The notes beneath the pieces were generated by a model. The model saw only the letters and a program-made list of their open reading frames with translations, was not told the origin of the DNA and did no database searches. Below are positions 19,714 through 29,784 of a stretch of DNA of 40,874 nucleotides, in pieces; position 1 is the stretch's first letter; each line of letters starts with the position of its first letter. The stretch comes from Bdellovibrionales bacterium (lineage in GTDB: Bacteria > Bdellovibrionota > Bdellovibrionia > Bdellovibrionales > JAMPXM01). The stretch lies in the NCBI GenBank assembly GCA_043739185.1, contig JAYUEN010000267.1, forward strand, positions 1 to 40,874, given 5' to 3'. Both the position numbers and the translations under genes were made by a program.

Positions 19714-21138
19714 CTAGATTTCGAGGCGCGCACCGACCGCAAGCTTTTGGTGTTTTACAATCTGATTTTTTCGAATGAGTTTGGCAACGGATACATTATA
19801 GCGTTGGGCAATCTGTGCAATAGACTCCCCGCGCTTAACAATATGAATATGCCGACTCACCTTTGAGGGCTTCGCGACGGCAACACTTCGCTCAGTGCGT
19901 TTACGACGATGTTTTGACATTTCAGAATGTGAAAGCCCGACCACTGAATCGCCTGGAACTTTAATTTTCTTGCCAGCAACGATGCGAGATTTGGATCCCA
20001 GATTATTGAGCGCTCGAAGGCGCCTTGCGCTTGTGTGAAATTTACGAGCGATGCCGCCAAGAGTTTCTCCGTTGCGAACTCGGTAGAAGCTGATTTCATC
20101 GTCATCAACAACTTTTATTTGTGTGCGATCTTTCACTAGCGCGACTGCCGCGGCTGCTTTCGCTTTATCAGCTGAATCTTTTGGTACGCGCAAACTCAAA
20201 TGTCCGGATTTATCAAGAGCGATACCTTTTTTATATGAAGGATTCAAATCTTTGAGTTCATCGTAATCAATATTTAATTCAGACGCTAATTTTTTTAAGT
20301 CTACCGAATGACCCAACTCAATTTCAGTAAATTCAATTGCGGGAAGATATTGAATGTCTTTGAATCCATATTTCGCGGGATCTTTGGCAATCATTCTGGC
20401 AGCTAAAAATTTAGGAATATAGTTTTTTGTTTCTTTTGGGAGCCTTCGCATTTGGGCAAGCTTCCAGAAATCGCGAGTGTGGTACTTCATCACTAAATTT
20501 TTGATTTTATTTTCACCGACATTGTAACTGGCAATTGCCAAATACCATGAGCCAAATAAATTATACAATCCTTTAAAATAATCTGCTGCCGCGACCGTCG
20601 CTTTTATGAAATCTCTACGTTCATCAACATAAGAGTCGCACTGAAGGCCATATCTCTTACCTGTTGCCCGCATGAATTGCCAAAATCCGACCGCATTGGC
20701 CGAACTTTTTGCAACTGAACTAAAACCTGATTCGATCAAAGCCACATAGACGAGGTCTTCAGGCAAACCTTCACGCTTAAAGATCTCTTTCATGAGAGGA
20801 ACATATTTGCTAGAGCGAGACAAATAGGTCTCCATATAGTCGCTTCCACGCCCTTGAAAATATTCAATCCAATCTTGAACCAATTCATTCTCTTCTAGCG
20901 GGATAGAACTTAAATCTTCTTTTAAATCATTATTAGTTGGAGTCTCGAGCTTCGTAATATCAGCCACAGGCTCAGCGGCTTGATGATCCGTTACCATCAC
21001 TTTATTATGTTCAGCAATTGCAGCTGCGGCTGCGATTTCATTGTCAGGAGTAGCATCTGAATGCGTACCCCGATGAATACAACCTGAGGTGAAAACCAGA
21101 CCCAAAATCAAAAGCTGTGATCTGAATAAATTCTGCAT
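19714..21138 (-). CDS. mltD: MltD-like lipoprotein lytic transglycosylase with two LysM domains
   Basis: Lipobox FTSGC; LIESGF, GFWQFM, ASYNVG, ETKNYIPK; YRVRNGETLGGIA and HIVKRGESIAQIA LysM repeats. Confidence 0.9.
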   Translation of the reverse strand: MQNLFRSQLLILGLVFTSGCIHRGTHSDATPDNEIAAAAAIAEHNKVMVTDHQAAEPVADITKLETPTNNDLKEDLSSIPLEENELVQDWIEYFQGRGSDYMETYLSRSSKYVPLMKEIFKREGLPEDLVYVALIESGFSSVAKSSANAVGFWQFMRATGKRYGLQCDSYVDERRDFIKATVAAADYFKGLYNLFGSWYLAIASYNVGENKIKNLVMKYHTRDFWKLAQMRRLPKETKNYIPKFLAARMIAKDPAKYGFKDIQYLPAIEFTEIELGHSVDLKKLASELNIDYDELKDLNPSYKKGIALDKSGHLSLRVPKDSADKAKAAAAVALVKDRTQIKVVDDDEISFYRVRNGETLGGIARKFHTSARRLRALNNLGSKSRIVAGKKIKVPGDSVVGLSHSEMSKHRRKRTERSVAVAKPSKVSRHIHIVKRGESIAQIAQRYNVSVAKLIRKNQIVKHQKLAVGARLEI

Positions 21139-21254
21139 TCTACCTCCGCTTTAACATTCGCTATGACTGAACTATGACTCAACATAGTGGCGCTGTTTTT
21201 ATTATATAGTAAAACCTAGAATAACGATGCCAAAATCAAACTGCAACCCTAGTC

Positions 21255-23624
21255 TCAAAGCTTTTCTTTGGTTTCGGTCCATATTGGATTTGAAATAGAA
21301 ACTCGACCTAAGTCAAAGCTTTGATAGAGAATAAAGTTTCGCAAAATAGCTTTGACATAAAAACTGGTTTCACTCCACGGAAGCTCATCAAACCAGATCT
21401 CGTCATCGGGATTCGAACTTGGATGCGCCATCAAATTGGCCAAACTTGGTCTGAGCTTTAAAAAACGCTCCATGCGCGCTGGGCCCGCATTGTATGATGC
21501 CAATGCCAACGGCACATGATTATTAAACTGCTTTAAAACTTTTGCCAAATAGTAAGTTCCCATTCGAATATTTTGTCCTGGGTTAAACATATCTTGTGGC
21601 AGCTCGAGATGCTCAATTTTTAAGTCACTGGCAATTTCTTTTGCCGTAGGAGGAATCATTTGCATAAGTCCATAAGCATTGCTTGAACTGATCGCCTTGA
21701 TTTGAAATGCACTTTCTTGCTTGATGAGACCACGAACGAGATTGGGGGAGAGTCCACGTAGCTTTGAATTTTCTTCAATGATCACTTGAAACTCTTTTGG
21801 AAAAGCAATTCCAAAAAACATTTCCTGCCGCAAGCCCGGCTCTTCTTCCCAAGCTTCATTGACAAGTTTTATGGCTGGACCGTAGTTCAATGCCGCAGCC
21901 AAAACTCGAGCTCTTAAAACCTTTTCTTCGGGTGAGGTCGGTGCTGGCAATTCTTTGATATCCGCCTGTGCCTCTTCGATCCAACCGGCCTGAATAAGTA
22001 TTTGTGCTCGTTCCCAATTCAATCTGGTTTTATTCGTAATCCAAATGCTGGCTTCAGTCTTCGCTGACTTCTCATATTTCATTTCAAAATAACCATTATT
22101 CAATTCGATACGTGCGCGAAGTCCGTAATAACTGAGTGGGAATTTTTCAACTAAAACCTGCGCCTGATCATGAGCTCGATCAGATTTGAGATTCTGTAAG
22201 CTCCGCCACAACCAATACCTTGCTTGCAATTCAAAATTTTCAGATTGCGGCACTGAAAGAAGTCTTTCAAGTCGATTCACACTTTGAGGAAAATCTCTTT
22301 GACGAAAGTAAATGAGCGCTGATTTAAAAAGGGCTTCACGAAATGCTGAGGTACCACTGTGTTTGAGAATGATTTCGTTATAAAATTTTAAGGCTTCATC
22401 GAATTGATCTTGAAGGTAAGCCGCATGCGCACCCAACTCCAAAAATTTCGTGGTACGTGCTGACGGCTCTAAATGCGAAAGGGCTTTTTTCATAAGCTCC
22501 AAAGCTTCGAAACTAAAGCCTCGGTAGTTTAAAGTTTTTGCCCAGTCGTACTGGCGTTCGGAATCGACCATAAACATTTGTAGTAAGATACTATGTTTTA
22601 AAACATCATACTTTGAATCATTGCGCTCAGAAATATTGAGGTATACCTCAATGATGCGCTCTTGAGCCCATTTAGCACGAACACTTCCCGGAAATCTTTG
22701 AATGAGCTTGACAGCCTCTGCTGTAGCGCCAAGATAATCGCCGCCTCTTATAAAAAACGCAATCCGAGAAGCAAGCTCCTGTTCTTCAGAACTTTGCTCA
22801 TTTAACACATTTACATCGTAAATTGACAAGGTCGACAAAGACTGTTTGGCCGCAATAACATCGACAGAATCGCCCCCGTGTGAGGTCGTTTCTTTTTCTG
22901 TCGGCAGTGCCTTGTCGATTTTCTTTGGCTTTTTCAAAATGAGTGCGGCATCGATTTGACCAAGACGTTTTCTCAATTCATCGGAATCCGTTTCCTTCAA
23001 ACTTCTCGAAAAATACTCTCGAGCGGCCTCTAATTTCTGATCCGAAAAACTTAGCTCTCCGATAAGTCTGTAAAATTTAGCTCGGGCCGCCTCATTAAAC
23101 CAAGAGCTTTTGGACTGCAGATTTTCGACGCCCTCCCAAGCAAGTTTACGATTCATCTTCGATTCGATTTCGATAATCAAGAGTCGGGCCTCAACAAGAC
23201 TGGTACGCAAACTCGAAGAATAGGGCCCGACCAATAACCATTCGGGATATTTCTCTAAGATACTCAAAGCGCCACTCAATTGACTCATCAATTTATTATT
23301 CTGCAAGGTTGAATGAATGGCGCAGTCTAAGCGAACCGTCATAAGCCACGGATCCAAACCTTTAAATTTTGACCAGGCTTTTTGAGCTTCGGTTACACAG
23401 TCCGAATACCTTGCCGTTGCCTGCGCACGCTTTATTTGCGCTAAACTTTGAATTGAACTCTTCAATCTTTTTATTTCAAGATCAGGATTGGACGCAAACA
23501 TCCAGCGTCCTGCGCTCAAATTGTCTTCGCTACTTATCGCCAAAGGCTCGATCGCTGCAAAAGCATTTGAAGCGGTGTAAAAGAGTGCGCAAATAAGTGC
23601 TTTGTGAATAAATTGTAGCCTCAT
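21255..23624 (-). CDS. Slt-like soluble lytic transglycosylase with TPR repeats
   Basis: Signal peptide; TPR-like helices; C-terminal IKQESAF, GLMQMIPPTA, ASYNAGP, ETSFYVK. Confidence 0.9.
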   Translation of the reverse strand: MRLQFIHKALICALFYTASNAFAAIEPLAISSEDNLSAGRWMFASNPDLEIKRLKSSIQSLAQIKRAQATARYSDCVTEAQKAWSKFKGLDPWLMTVRLDCAIHSTLQNNKLMSQLSGALSILEKYPEWLLVGPYSSSLRTSLVEARLLIIEIESKMNRKLAWEGVENLQSKSSWFNEAARAKFYRLIGELSFSDQKLEAAREYFSRSLKETDSDELRKRLGQIDAALILKKPKKIDKALPTEKETTSHGGDSVDVIAAKQSLSTLSIYDVNVLNEQSSEEQELASRIAFFIRGGDYLGATAEAVKLIQRFPGSVRAKWAQERIIEVYLNISERNDSKYDVLKHSILLQMFMVDSERQYDWAKTLNYRGFSFEALELMKKALSHLEPSARTTKFLELGAHAAYLQDQFDEALKFYNEIILKHSGTSAFREALFKSALIYFRQRDFPQSVNRLERLLSVPQSENFELQARYWLWRSLQNLKSDRAHDQAQVLVEKFPLSYYGLRARIELNNGYFEMKYEKSAKTEASIWITNKTRLNWERAQILIQAGWIEEAQADIKELPAPTSPEEKVLRARVLAAALNYGPAIKLVNEAWEEEPGLRQEMFFGIAFPKEFQVIIEENSKLRGLSPNLVRGLIKQESAFQIKAISSSNAYGLMQMIPPTAKEIASDLKIEHLELPQDMFNPGQNIRMGTYYLAKVLKQFNNHVPLALASYNAGPARMERFLKLRPSLANLMAHPSSNPDDEIWFDELPWSETSFYVKAILRNFILYQSFDLGRVSISNPIWTETKEKL

Positions 23625-23667
23625 TTTTTTACCTCGGCCAAAGAGTGTGCTTGAGTCGCATCATGCT

Positions 23668-25410
23668 CTAAGGAATTTCATAAATTTCGTAGTCTTTAAC
23701 TCTTGATACATTTTTCAAATTTAATTTCCAAGATGGAGCATTGGCAGAGCTTGCCGGAAATTCAAGCCGCTCACGAGGTCCCCAAAATATATAATTGGCT
23801 TTTAAATCGTGCGCAATTTCGAGCCAATGCTCTTCACCCGACATCAGAGCCAGCAACTTTTTCTTGGTATCGGCAAATGAAATGCCGTGCCCCCACAAAT
23901 GCCCTTCGTAACCCATGACTCGATTGCGTCCCAGTGCCGTTAGTTCATGATTGTAAGTCGTGCCCGAAGCAAATATTGCTCCTGGCGCCAACTCCCTTGT
24001 CGCAGCCCGCGCTTGAGCAAGATCTGACATATTATAAATGCTTACGTGTTCGCTCACTGAAAATTGTGATCCGTATAGTGCATAAGCGCCGCCGTAAGAT
24101 AAACTGACCAACAAAACGAACTGCGTCCAGGGAGCCCAATGCTTTCGTAAAACTTCGAAAGACAGAATCGACAAGCCCACATATGGCCAGACCAAAATTT
24201 TAATATTGTCCCAACTCCAAGGTGCTAACATCAAATTAAAAAACAAGAGAAATAAAAGGCTGTGAACTAAAAACTCATAATAAAGCGCTCTCATACGATG
24301 CCGAAATAAATAAGTTCCAACGCCAATAAACAACAATATATAGGAGCCAAAATTAATAGACAAATAAGATAAAATGTTTTGACCGGGCTCGAGCGTCCAA
24401 CCCCAACTCCAATGTAAAACCCGAGGAGCTTTGAAAAAATCAAGTGAGAAAAGCACGAAATAGGATCCAATAATCAGTGGCCACAGCCAGACAAAATAAT
24501 ATTTTTTAAGCTCCAATAACATTTGTTTCAAATTTCTAGAGTGAAGTGCAAATCGATAAACAGAAGAAATTGCAATCATGAGACTCAATATAAAAAAACT
24601 ATGCAAATGAAAAAAAGCGAGCCCTGCCCAAAGAATCCCCATAATCAATAGACTTCGTGGATGCACGGGCGAATCTTGATTTCGCCGGGCATTCAAAAAT
24701 AGGAAGTAAAGCAAGAGCGTACCTGCGGGCAAAGCCCAAATGAATCCACGCTGGGTGATAAACATTGAAAGAAACATATTTTTCCAGGCCAAAATATTTT
24801 GCATATCTTGAGGCCCGCCCTTTAAAACTGCGACAAAGCCCCCACTAAAGAAAAAGGCCAACATTGCCATCCAACTGCCAGCTAGTCTCAAACAAACCAA
24901 ACTCGCAAGAGTGCAGAACAATCCCACTAAAAAAAGATGACCGGACATAGCAACGCCCAAACATTCCCAAAGCGCGTTGTAAAGATCGATTCCGAATGGA
25001 TAGCGCAAATATTCGAGCGAAAAATTGGGATTTCGAGGAGGAAAATCAATCCCCGAAGCCAAGTTTCGAATATATTGAATATGCAGAGGCAAATCGCCCA
25101 AATTGAATTGGTGAAGGCTGCGAATTTCTCCGTCGACCTGATAAAAAAGAAAGATAAAGTGTCTTGCCCCAACAAACATCACAATAAAAAACACAAGTTT
25201 CTCTAAAATTCCCGTGGTTGCGTGGCGCCAAGCACCCAATTTCAAATTTTGAAAATCAATAGATTCAAAGTCGAGCAGATATAAGCTCAATAGGGCTGAG
25301 CCAATAAGACTCGAAACTGCGATCCATTGGTTGAGCTGACCAAAAATCAAACTCAATAGATATGCGAGCAAAGAACTAATTACAATATGAAGTAGTCCAA
25401 ATAATATCAT
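23668..25410 (-). CDS. Polytopic membrane protein, putative GT-C-fold glycosyltransferase
   Basis: Many TM segments; early loop GDLPLH..FPPRNP..YPF; soluble C-terminal domain (GRNRVMGYEGHLWGHG, YIFWGPRE). Confidence 0.6.
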   Translation of the reverse strand: MILFGLLHIVISSLLAYLLSLIFGQLNQWIAVSSLIGSALLSLYLLDFESIDFQNLKLGAWRHATTGILEKLVFFIVMFVGARHFIFLFYQVDGEIRSLHQFNLGDLPLHIQYIRNLASGIDFPPRNPNFSLEYLRYPFGIDLYNALWECLGVAMSGHLFLVGLFCTLASLVCLRLAGSWMAMLAFFFSGGFVAVLKGGPQDMQNILAWKNMFLSMFITQRGFIWALPAGTLLLYFLFLNARRNQDSPVHPRSLLIMGILWAGLAFFHLHSFFILSLMIAISSVYRFALHSRNLKQMLLELKKYYFVWLWPLIIGSYFVLFSLDFFKAPRVLHWSWGWTLEPGQNILSYLSINFGSYILLFIGVGTYLFRHRMRALYYEFLVHSLLFLLFFNLMLAPWSWDNIKILVWPYVGLSILSFEVLRKHWAPWTQFVLLVSLSYGGAYALYGSQFSVSEHVSIYNMSDLAQARAATRELAPGAIFASGTTYNHELTALGRNRVMGYEGHLWGHGISFADTKKKLLALMSGEEHWLEIAHDLKANYIFWGPRERLEFPASSANAPSWKLNLKNVSRVKDYEIYEIP

Positions 25411-27110
25411 TGAGTTAAATGATCCTTTGCTTCGACTAAAGTGAAATTCATACCACTAAGCTCCCCGCCGGTGGTTCTGGCTTGAGCAAAACTTAAATCT
25501 GATATTTGAAATTTGTCTGCATTTAAAAAGAGCGTACATAAATTATAAGAATCTCTCACTTTAAATTGAGATTTATAATATTTACGAGTTAATTGCTTTT
25601 CGATTTTGGACTCATCAACTAAATCGACCAATATGACATCTGAATTGCGAATTGATTTCTGTTGCTCTTCAAGTCCCGCCTGCTTAGCTGCTTCTGACGA
25701 ATCGCCAAATATTTCACGGTAAGTAATATGGGTAAAGTTAGTCAGCAGCCAAGGAAATGGCCACGTCGCCTTCAATCCAATTAAAATACTCATATTGAAG
25801 TCCTCAGGGAAACTCTCAACCCGGTGATTGAGAATCTCAGAAATCGAATTGATATCTCCGGAGCTCTGTACATAGACATAGGGTTCACTCGAATCATGAT
25901 AATGAAAAAAATTAAGCCGAATGGCCATCCCCAGAGATACTATACAGATTAGAAGCGCAAGAAGAGCGCTACCGCGTTTTGAACGATAGTGCCCATCAGC
26001 ATCCATTTTCACTTTTGAAATGCTAATCGCCTGAACAAATTTAAAAGATTGCATTTCAGACATCGCAAAACCGATCAGAAAATAAAATGGCCACGCGATG
26101 CCAAGTATGCACCACGGAGTTTTATAGGGAATAATCGCATATGCGATGAGATTCCCAAGTGCAAAGATTCCAAAAAATCTCGCAGGCTTTGAGCCGAGAA
26201 AAATCAGCAAGGGCGAAAGCAGTAGTCCAACAAAGGCCGGCCATTCATAGCGCACCAATAACTCAAACCAATAAATAAATGGTTTTTCATGTCCCGAAAT
26301 ATGCTGCGTACCAGTTTTCGTCCAAAAGAAATAGGCCTTGAAAAAATCTAAAATGCGATGTGCGTCCGTTCCCAAACCTGAAAAGATAAAGCAAATAAAA
26401 ATGACAAGTGAAATCAATGCGATCCAGAAATATCTGAGATTTGCATTTTGCGGACCCAGAAGATCTTGACCAATCTTGTGAATAAACTCAGACCTATCTT
26501 GCTTGGTTTCGTTCAAAAGTTTTACGAGAAAGCTTGCTCCTAAAAAGCAAAATAAAAAAATCACCGTGGTTTCTTTTGTGGCAAACATTAGAGCCGCATA
26601 AAGTCCCAACTTCCAGGCCGAATTCTTATTGGGCATCTCTAAAAAGTCAAAAAAGTGATACGCAAACAATATTTGGAATAGAACAAACATCGACTCATGC
26701 ATGGCATAGCGCGAATAAAAAACAGCGGCCGGGCTCACAGCAAGAGCCAAGGCCGCCCAAATTGCAACTTCACCAAAAAATTTATTGAGTCTCCAAGTAT
26801 AATAAACGCTTAGTATAGAAAACACGCCACTTATAAAGCGAAAAGCAAAAACTCCGCGCCCAAAAATTTGTTCTGACCACTGAAGAGCATAATAATAAAC
26901 TGGCCCGTGAAAATTAGTCGGATCATAAGGAAAAAAACCACGTCGCCATATTTCTTGAACAAAAAAACCATAAACGCCCTCATCAAAATGGGGCGCTTTG
27001 ATGTTCAAAAACAAAAATCTCAAAAGGCCAGCCACCAAAAGGACACTCACCAATCCTAAGTTTTCCCGTAGGCGTTTAAATGTTTGCAAATCTCGGACTA
27101 TATTCATCAA
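25407..27110 (-). CDS. GT-C / PMT-like membrane glycosyltransferase (Agl23/TIGR03663-like)
   Basis: LRF..L..KAPHFDEG, YDPTNFHGP, SPAAVFYSRY, ATKE, YKTPW motifs. Confidence 0.78.
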   Translation of the reverse strand: MMNIVRDLQTFKRLRENLGLVSVLLVAGLLRFLFLNIKAPHFDEGVYGFFVQEIWRRGFFPYDPTNFHGPVYYYALQWSEQIFGRGVFAFRFISGVFSILSVYYTWRLNKFFGEVAIWAALALAVSPAAVFYSRYAMHESMFVLFQILFAYHFFDFLEMPNKNSAWKLGLYAALMFATKETTVIFLFCFLGASFLVKLLNETKQDRSEFIHKIGQDLLGPQNANLRYFWIALISLVIFICFIFSGLGTDAHRILDFFKAYFFWTKTGTQHISGHEKPFIYWFELLVRYEWPAFVGLLLSPLLIFLGSKPARFFGIFALGNLIAYAIIPYKTPWCILGIAWPFYFLIGFAMSEMQSFKFVQAISISKVKMDADGHYRSKRGSALLALLICIVSLGMAIRLNFFHYHDSSEPYVYVQSSGDINSISEILNHRVESFPEDFNMSILIGLKATWPFPWLLTNFTHITYREIFGDSSEAAKQAGLEEQQKSIRNSDVILVDLVDESKIEKQLTRKYYKSQFKVRDSYNLCTLFLNADKFQISDLSFAQARTTGGELSGMNFTLVEAKDHLTQ

Positions 27111-27151
27111 CTTCCTTTTTAAAAATGCTAACTTAGATTAGGATTCTTGTC

Positions 27152-27826
27152 ATGAGCGAAAATTCATTGGATCTCAGCATTTTATTGACTGGTGCTAGCC
27201 AAGACAGCCTCATCAATATTGAGAGTTTTTTTAAAAAAATGCCCATCCGCTACGAGATCATACTTATCGGGCCGACACCATCTGAGGTCGAGTTTCCGTA
27301 TCTTAGGCTGGCCTCTTTTAAAGAGGCGGCAGCAAAACTTAATGGCAATCTCATTTTTTTTATGGATGCAAAACTCAGAATACCGCTTGCAGAAATCATC
27401 GCCTTTATGATGCATTTTCAGAGCAATCCCGAGCTGCAATTCCTAAATGGTGATCGCTTTTTGCCGAATAAGAATCGAAAGCGCATAGACCAAACCCAAG
27501 ATATAAAAACAGGCTTTTACTTCGAAATTTTTATTCAAAAATATTTTGGGCTTAGTCGATATGATTACTTTTGTCCGATGAAGGCCTTTCGAAAGGAAAT
27601 CGGCACAAGGCTCCTGAGCCAACTGAAATTTCGCAATTTAAACGAAATCGAATTGTTTATTCTAGCGCATCGCTTTGAAATTCAAATCGAATCTCTTTCG
27701 GTGATCTGGAATGAACGCCGCTCTCTCACCTCGGGCCCATCCAGGCACTGGTCTCAATTTATTAAATTGATTTTTGCACTTCTCTATTTTCGGCTGAGCC
27801 ATTGGCGCCGAGGTCCGATTGACTGA
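27152..27826 (+). CDS. Degenerate GT2 polyprenol-phosphate sugar synthase-like protein
   Basis: DLSILL, YEIIL, IFFMDAK (DxD altered), GDR, DYFCPMKAFR, EIELFILA..VIW pattern of Dol-P-Glc/Man synthases. Confidence 0.6.
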   Translation: MSENSLDLSILLTGASQDSLINIESFFKKMPIRYEIILIGPTPSEVEFPYLRLASFKEAAAKLNGNLIFFMDAKLRIPLAEIIAFMMHFQSNPELQFLNGDRFLPNKNRKRIDQTQDIKTGFYFEIFIQKYFGLSRYDYFCPMKAFRKEIGTRLLSQLKFRNLNEIELFILAHRFEIQIESLSVIWNERRSLTSGPSRHWSQFIKLIFALLYFRLSHWRRGPID

Positions 27827-29771
27827 GCGATAGATGAACTGCTTTTTCAAGAATTTTCTCTAGGTCAAAAATCAATTTCTTAACCTGCTCTGGCTCTTTC
27901 AAGTTTCCGACCACAGAGTCGGGAGCAAAGCTCAACATTTGCAATTTGTCGATTGACTTATGAAGTTCGCCACCTAATTCGGCCCTCACGCTGGGAGGAA
28001 TCAGCAATAATAGTTTTTCAATTTCTTGCGTGGCACCACCCTCATCAGAAAGTTGGCCTAAAATGAAGTAAACAGCATTTGTGGTTTCAACTGCTGCTTC
28101 GCGTGCACTCACCTTAGCAATTCGAGATCGAATGCGCTTAAAGCGCCATTGCATTTGCTTCAGTAAATTGCGCTTTTTCTCTCCCCATCCCAGCTCACTT
28201 CGCGCTTTCATCAAGAGCACAACTAAAACCGAGAGCAAAATAAAAATGCCAATGACCAGCTCCAGTTTTCGTCGATGCTGGGGCGCCGGACGCCAATTGG
28301 TTTCGAGAATTGGTTTGAATTCTTTTGGGGCCTGTGCTGCTGAATTATTTTGCCCTTGAAAGAGCGGAGAATTTTTAACATTTGGATCTTGAGAACCGAG
28401 ATTGACATGGATTTTAATTGGGTCGGTTTTTTTCGTCACATAGGTTTTTTTAACCGGATCAAACATACTCACGCTAATAGCAGGAATCACGAAATCGCCC
28501 TGACTCCTCGGCACCAAAAGAACATTAAAATCTTTATAGGAGGTGCCATTCTTAAAAAACTTTGCCTCTTTCTGGGTATCATAGAGCTCAATACCTTGAG
28601 GTGCTTCAAATGGCGGAAGATCAATGAGTTTCGCATTTCCTTTGCCTTCAAAACGAATGTGCAGTGAAAAAGGTTGATTGGTTGAAATATTATTCTCATC
28701 AATTTTTGTTGTGACTCGAAAATCACCCACCGCTCCTGAATAATCACTCGGTCGGCCCACGGCAGGAATCGGCCGAACATTGATTTTAACTTCTTTGCTT
28801 ACTTTTGTATAAGTATAGGCTTTGCCACTACCAAAGCCAAAAGTATCTGCCATCACAGAACATTTTGCTTTGTATGTATCAATCAAACTCTCACCTTCTT
28901 TAATAGGAAAGAGCGCGTAAGAAGCCAATAGAGCCTTTCGATAGGGAACACCATTGATGATTTCTTGGGTAAAATTTAGATTGGTCGATATTTCAATGTC
29001 TTCTTTCCAAAAACTTTTAAGATCGGGATACTTAAGAGTATCAAGATCTCGAATGATTCCCCTCGTATAAAGATACCAAGCGGCGGTAACTTGCTCTCCG
29101 GCAAAAACATCGGCTTTATCTACTTCGACCTGAATAAAAAAAGCATCTTGAGGATTAAAGGGCTGGGTACGAAATCCTCCGTTTGGATTTGGCATGAGGC
29201 CGTGACGCTTCAGCAGCTGATTAAACAGATCCTCAACATCGTCTTGTTGGTCGCCTTCCCATTGCTCAAGAGGATTTCCTCTTTTTGGTTTCGCTCCCCG
29301 GCCCCTTGCGTTTTGGTTTGCAGCGCCACTTGCGCCTTTTTCAACTCGCAATTCAATGCTCGAGGTGCGATAAGTTTTCCCGCCAAGTTTTACTTCGATG
29401 GGATCGATCTTAAACTTTCCGATTTTAAGAGCCTGGTAAAAATAACTATAGGTGGTTTGATTGGATCTTTGATACTCCGGCGCACCACCCGCACCCGCAA
29501 CCACACCGGCCCTCGCCGAACTGCTCGTCCCTTGGTTCACTAATTCAAAGCCTGCGATATCAGGAGCGCGATCAACTGATGGAGTTTGATCACCGTCACT
29601 ATTGACATCGACTCGAAGCTCAAAAGTATCACCGGGATCCATGGCATTGCGATCGACACTCGCCTGCACAGTAACTGTGGCCCGACTAGTACAAGAAAGC
29701 AAAATCACAAATAGGAAGGCACAGAAGCGTACAATTGGTTTTTGATAGAATGTGAATCTAAAGCTGTTCAT
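27762..29771 (-). CDS. batD: BatD-family protein
   Basis: Signal peptide, TVQASVDRN, EVDKADVFAGEQV, YSGAVGDF, EGKGN, C-terminal TM; ATG 29771; in MoxR/vWA operon. Confidence 0.85.
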   Translation of the reverse strand: MNSFRFTFYQKPIVRFCAFLFVILLSCTSRATVTVQASVDRNAMDPGDTFELRVDVNSDGDQTPSVDRAPDIAGFELVNQGTSSSARAGVVAGAGGAPEYQRSNQTTYSYFYQALKIGKFKIDPIEVKLGGKTYRTSSIELRVEKGASGAANQNARGRGAKPKRGNPLEQWEGDQQDDVEDLFNQLLKRHGLMPNPNGGFRTQPFNPQDAFFIQVEVDKADVFAGEQVTAAWYLYTRGIIRDLDTLKYPDLKSFWKEDIEISTNLNFTQEIINGVPYRKALLASYALFPIKEGESLIDTYKAKCSVMADTFGFGSGKAYTYTKVSKEVKINVRPIPAVGRPSDYSGAVGDFRVTTKIDENNISTNQPFSLHIRFEGKGNAKLIDLPPFEAPQGIELYDTQKEAKFFKNGTSYKDFNVLLVPRSQGDFVIPAISVSMFDPVKKTYVTKKTDPIKIHVNLGSQDPNVKNSPLFQGQNNSAAQAPKEFKPILETNWRPAPQHRRKLELVIGIFILLSVLVVLLMKARSELGWGEKKRNLLKQMQWRFKRIRSRIAKVSAREAAVETTNAVYFILGQLSDEGGATQEIEKLLLLIPPSVRAELGGELHKSIDKLQMLSFAPDSVVGNLKEPEQVKKLIFDLEKILEKAVHLSLSQSDLGANGSAENREVQKSI

Positions 29772-29784
29772 GATTAATTCCCTA

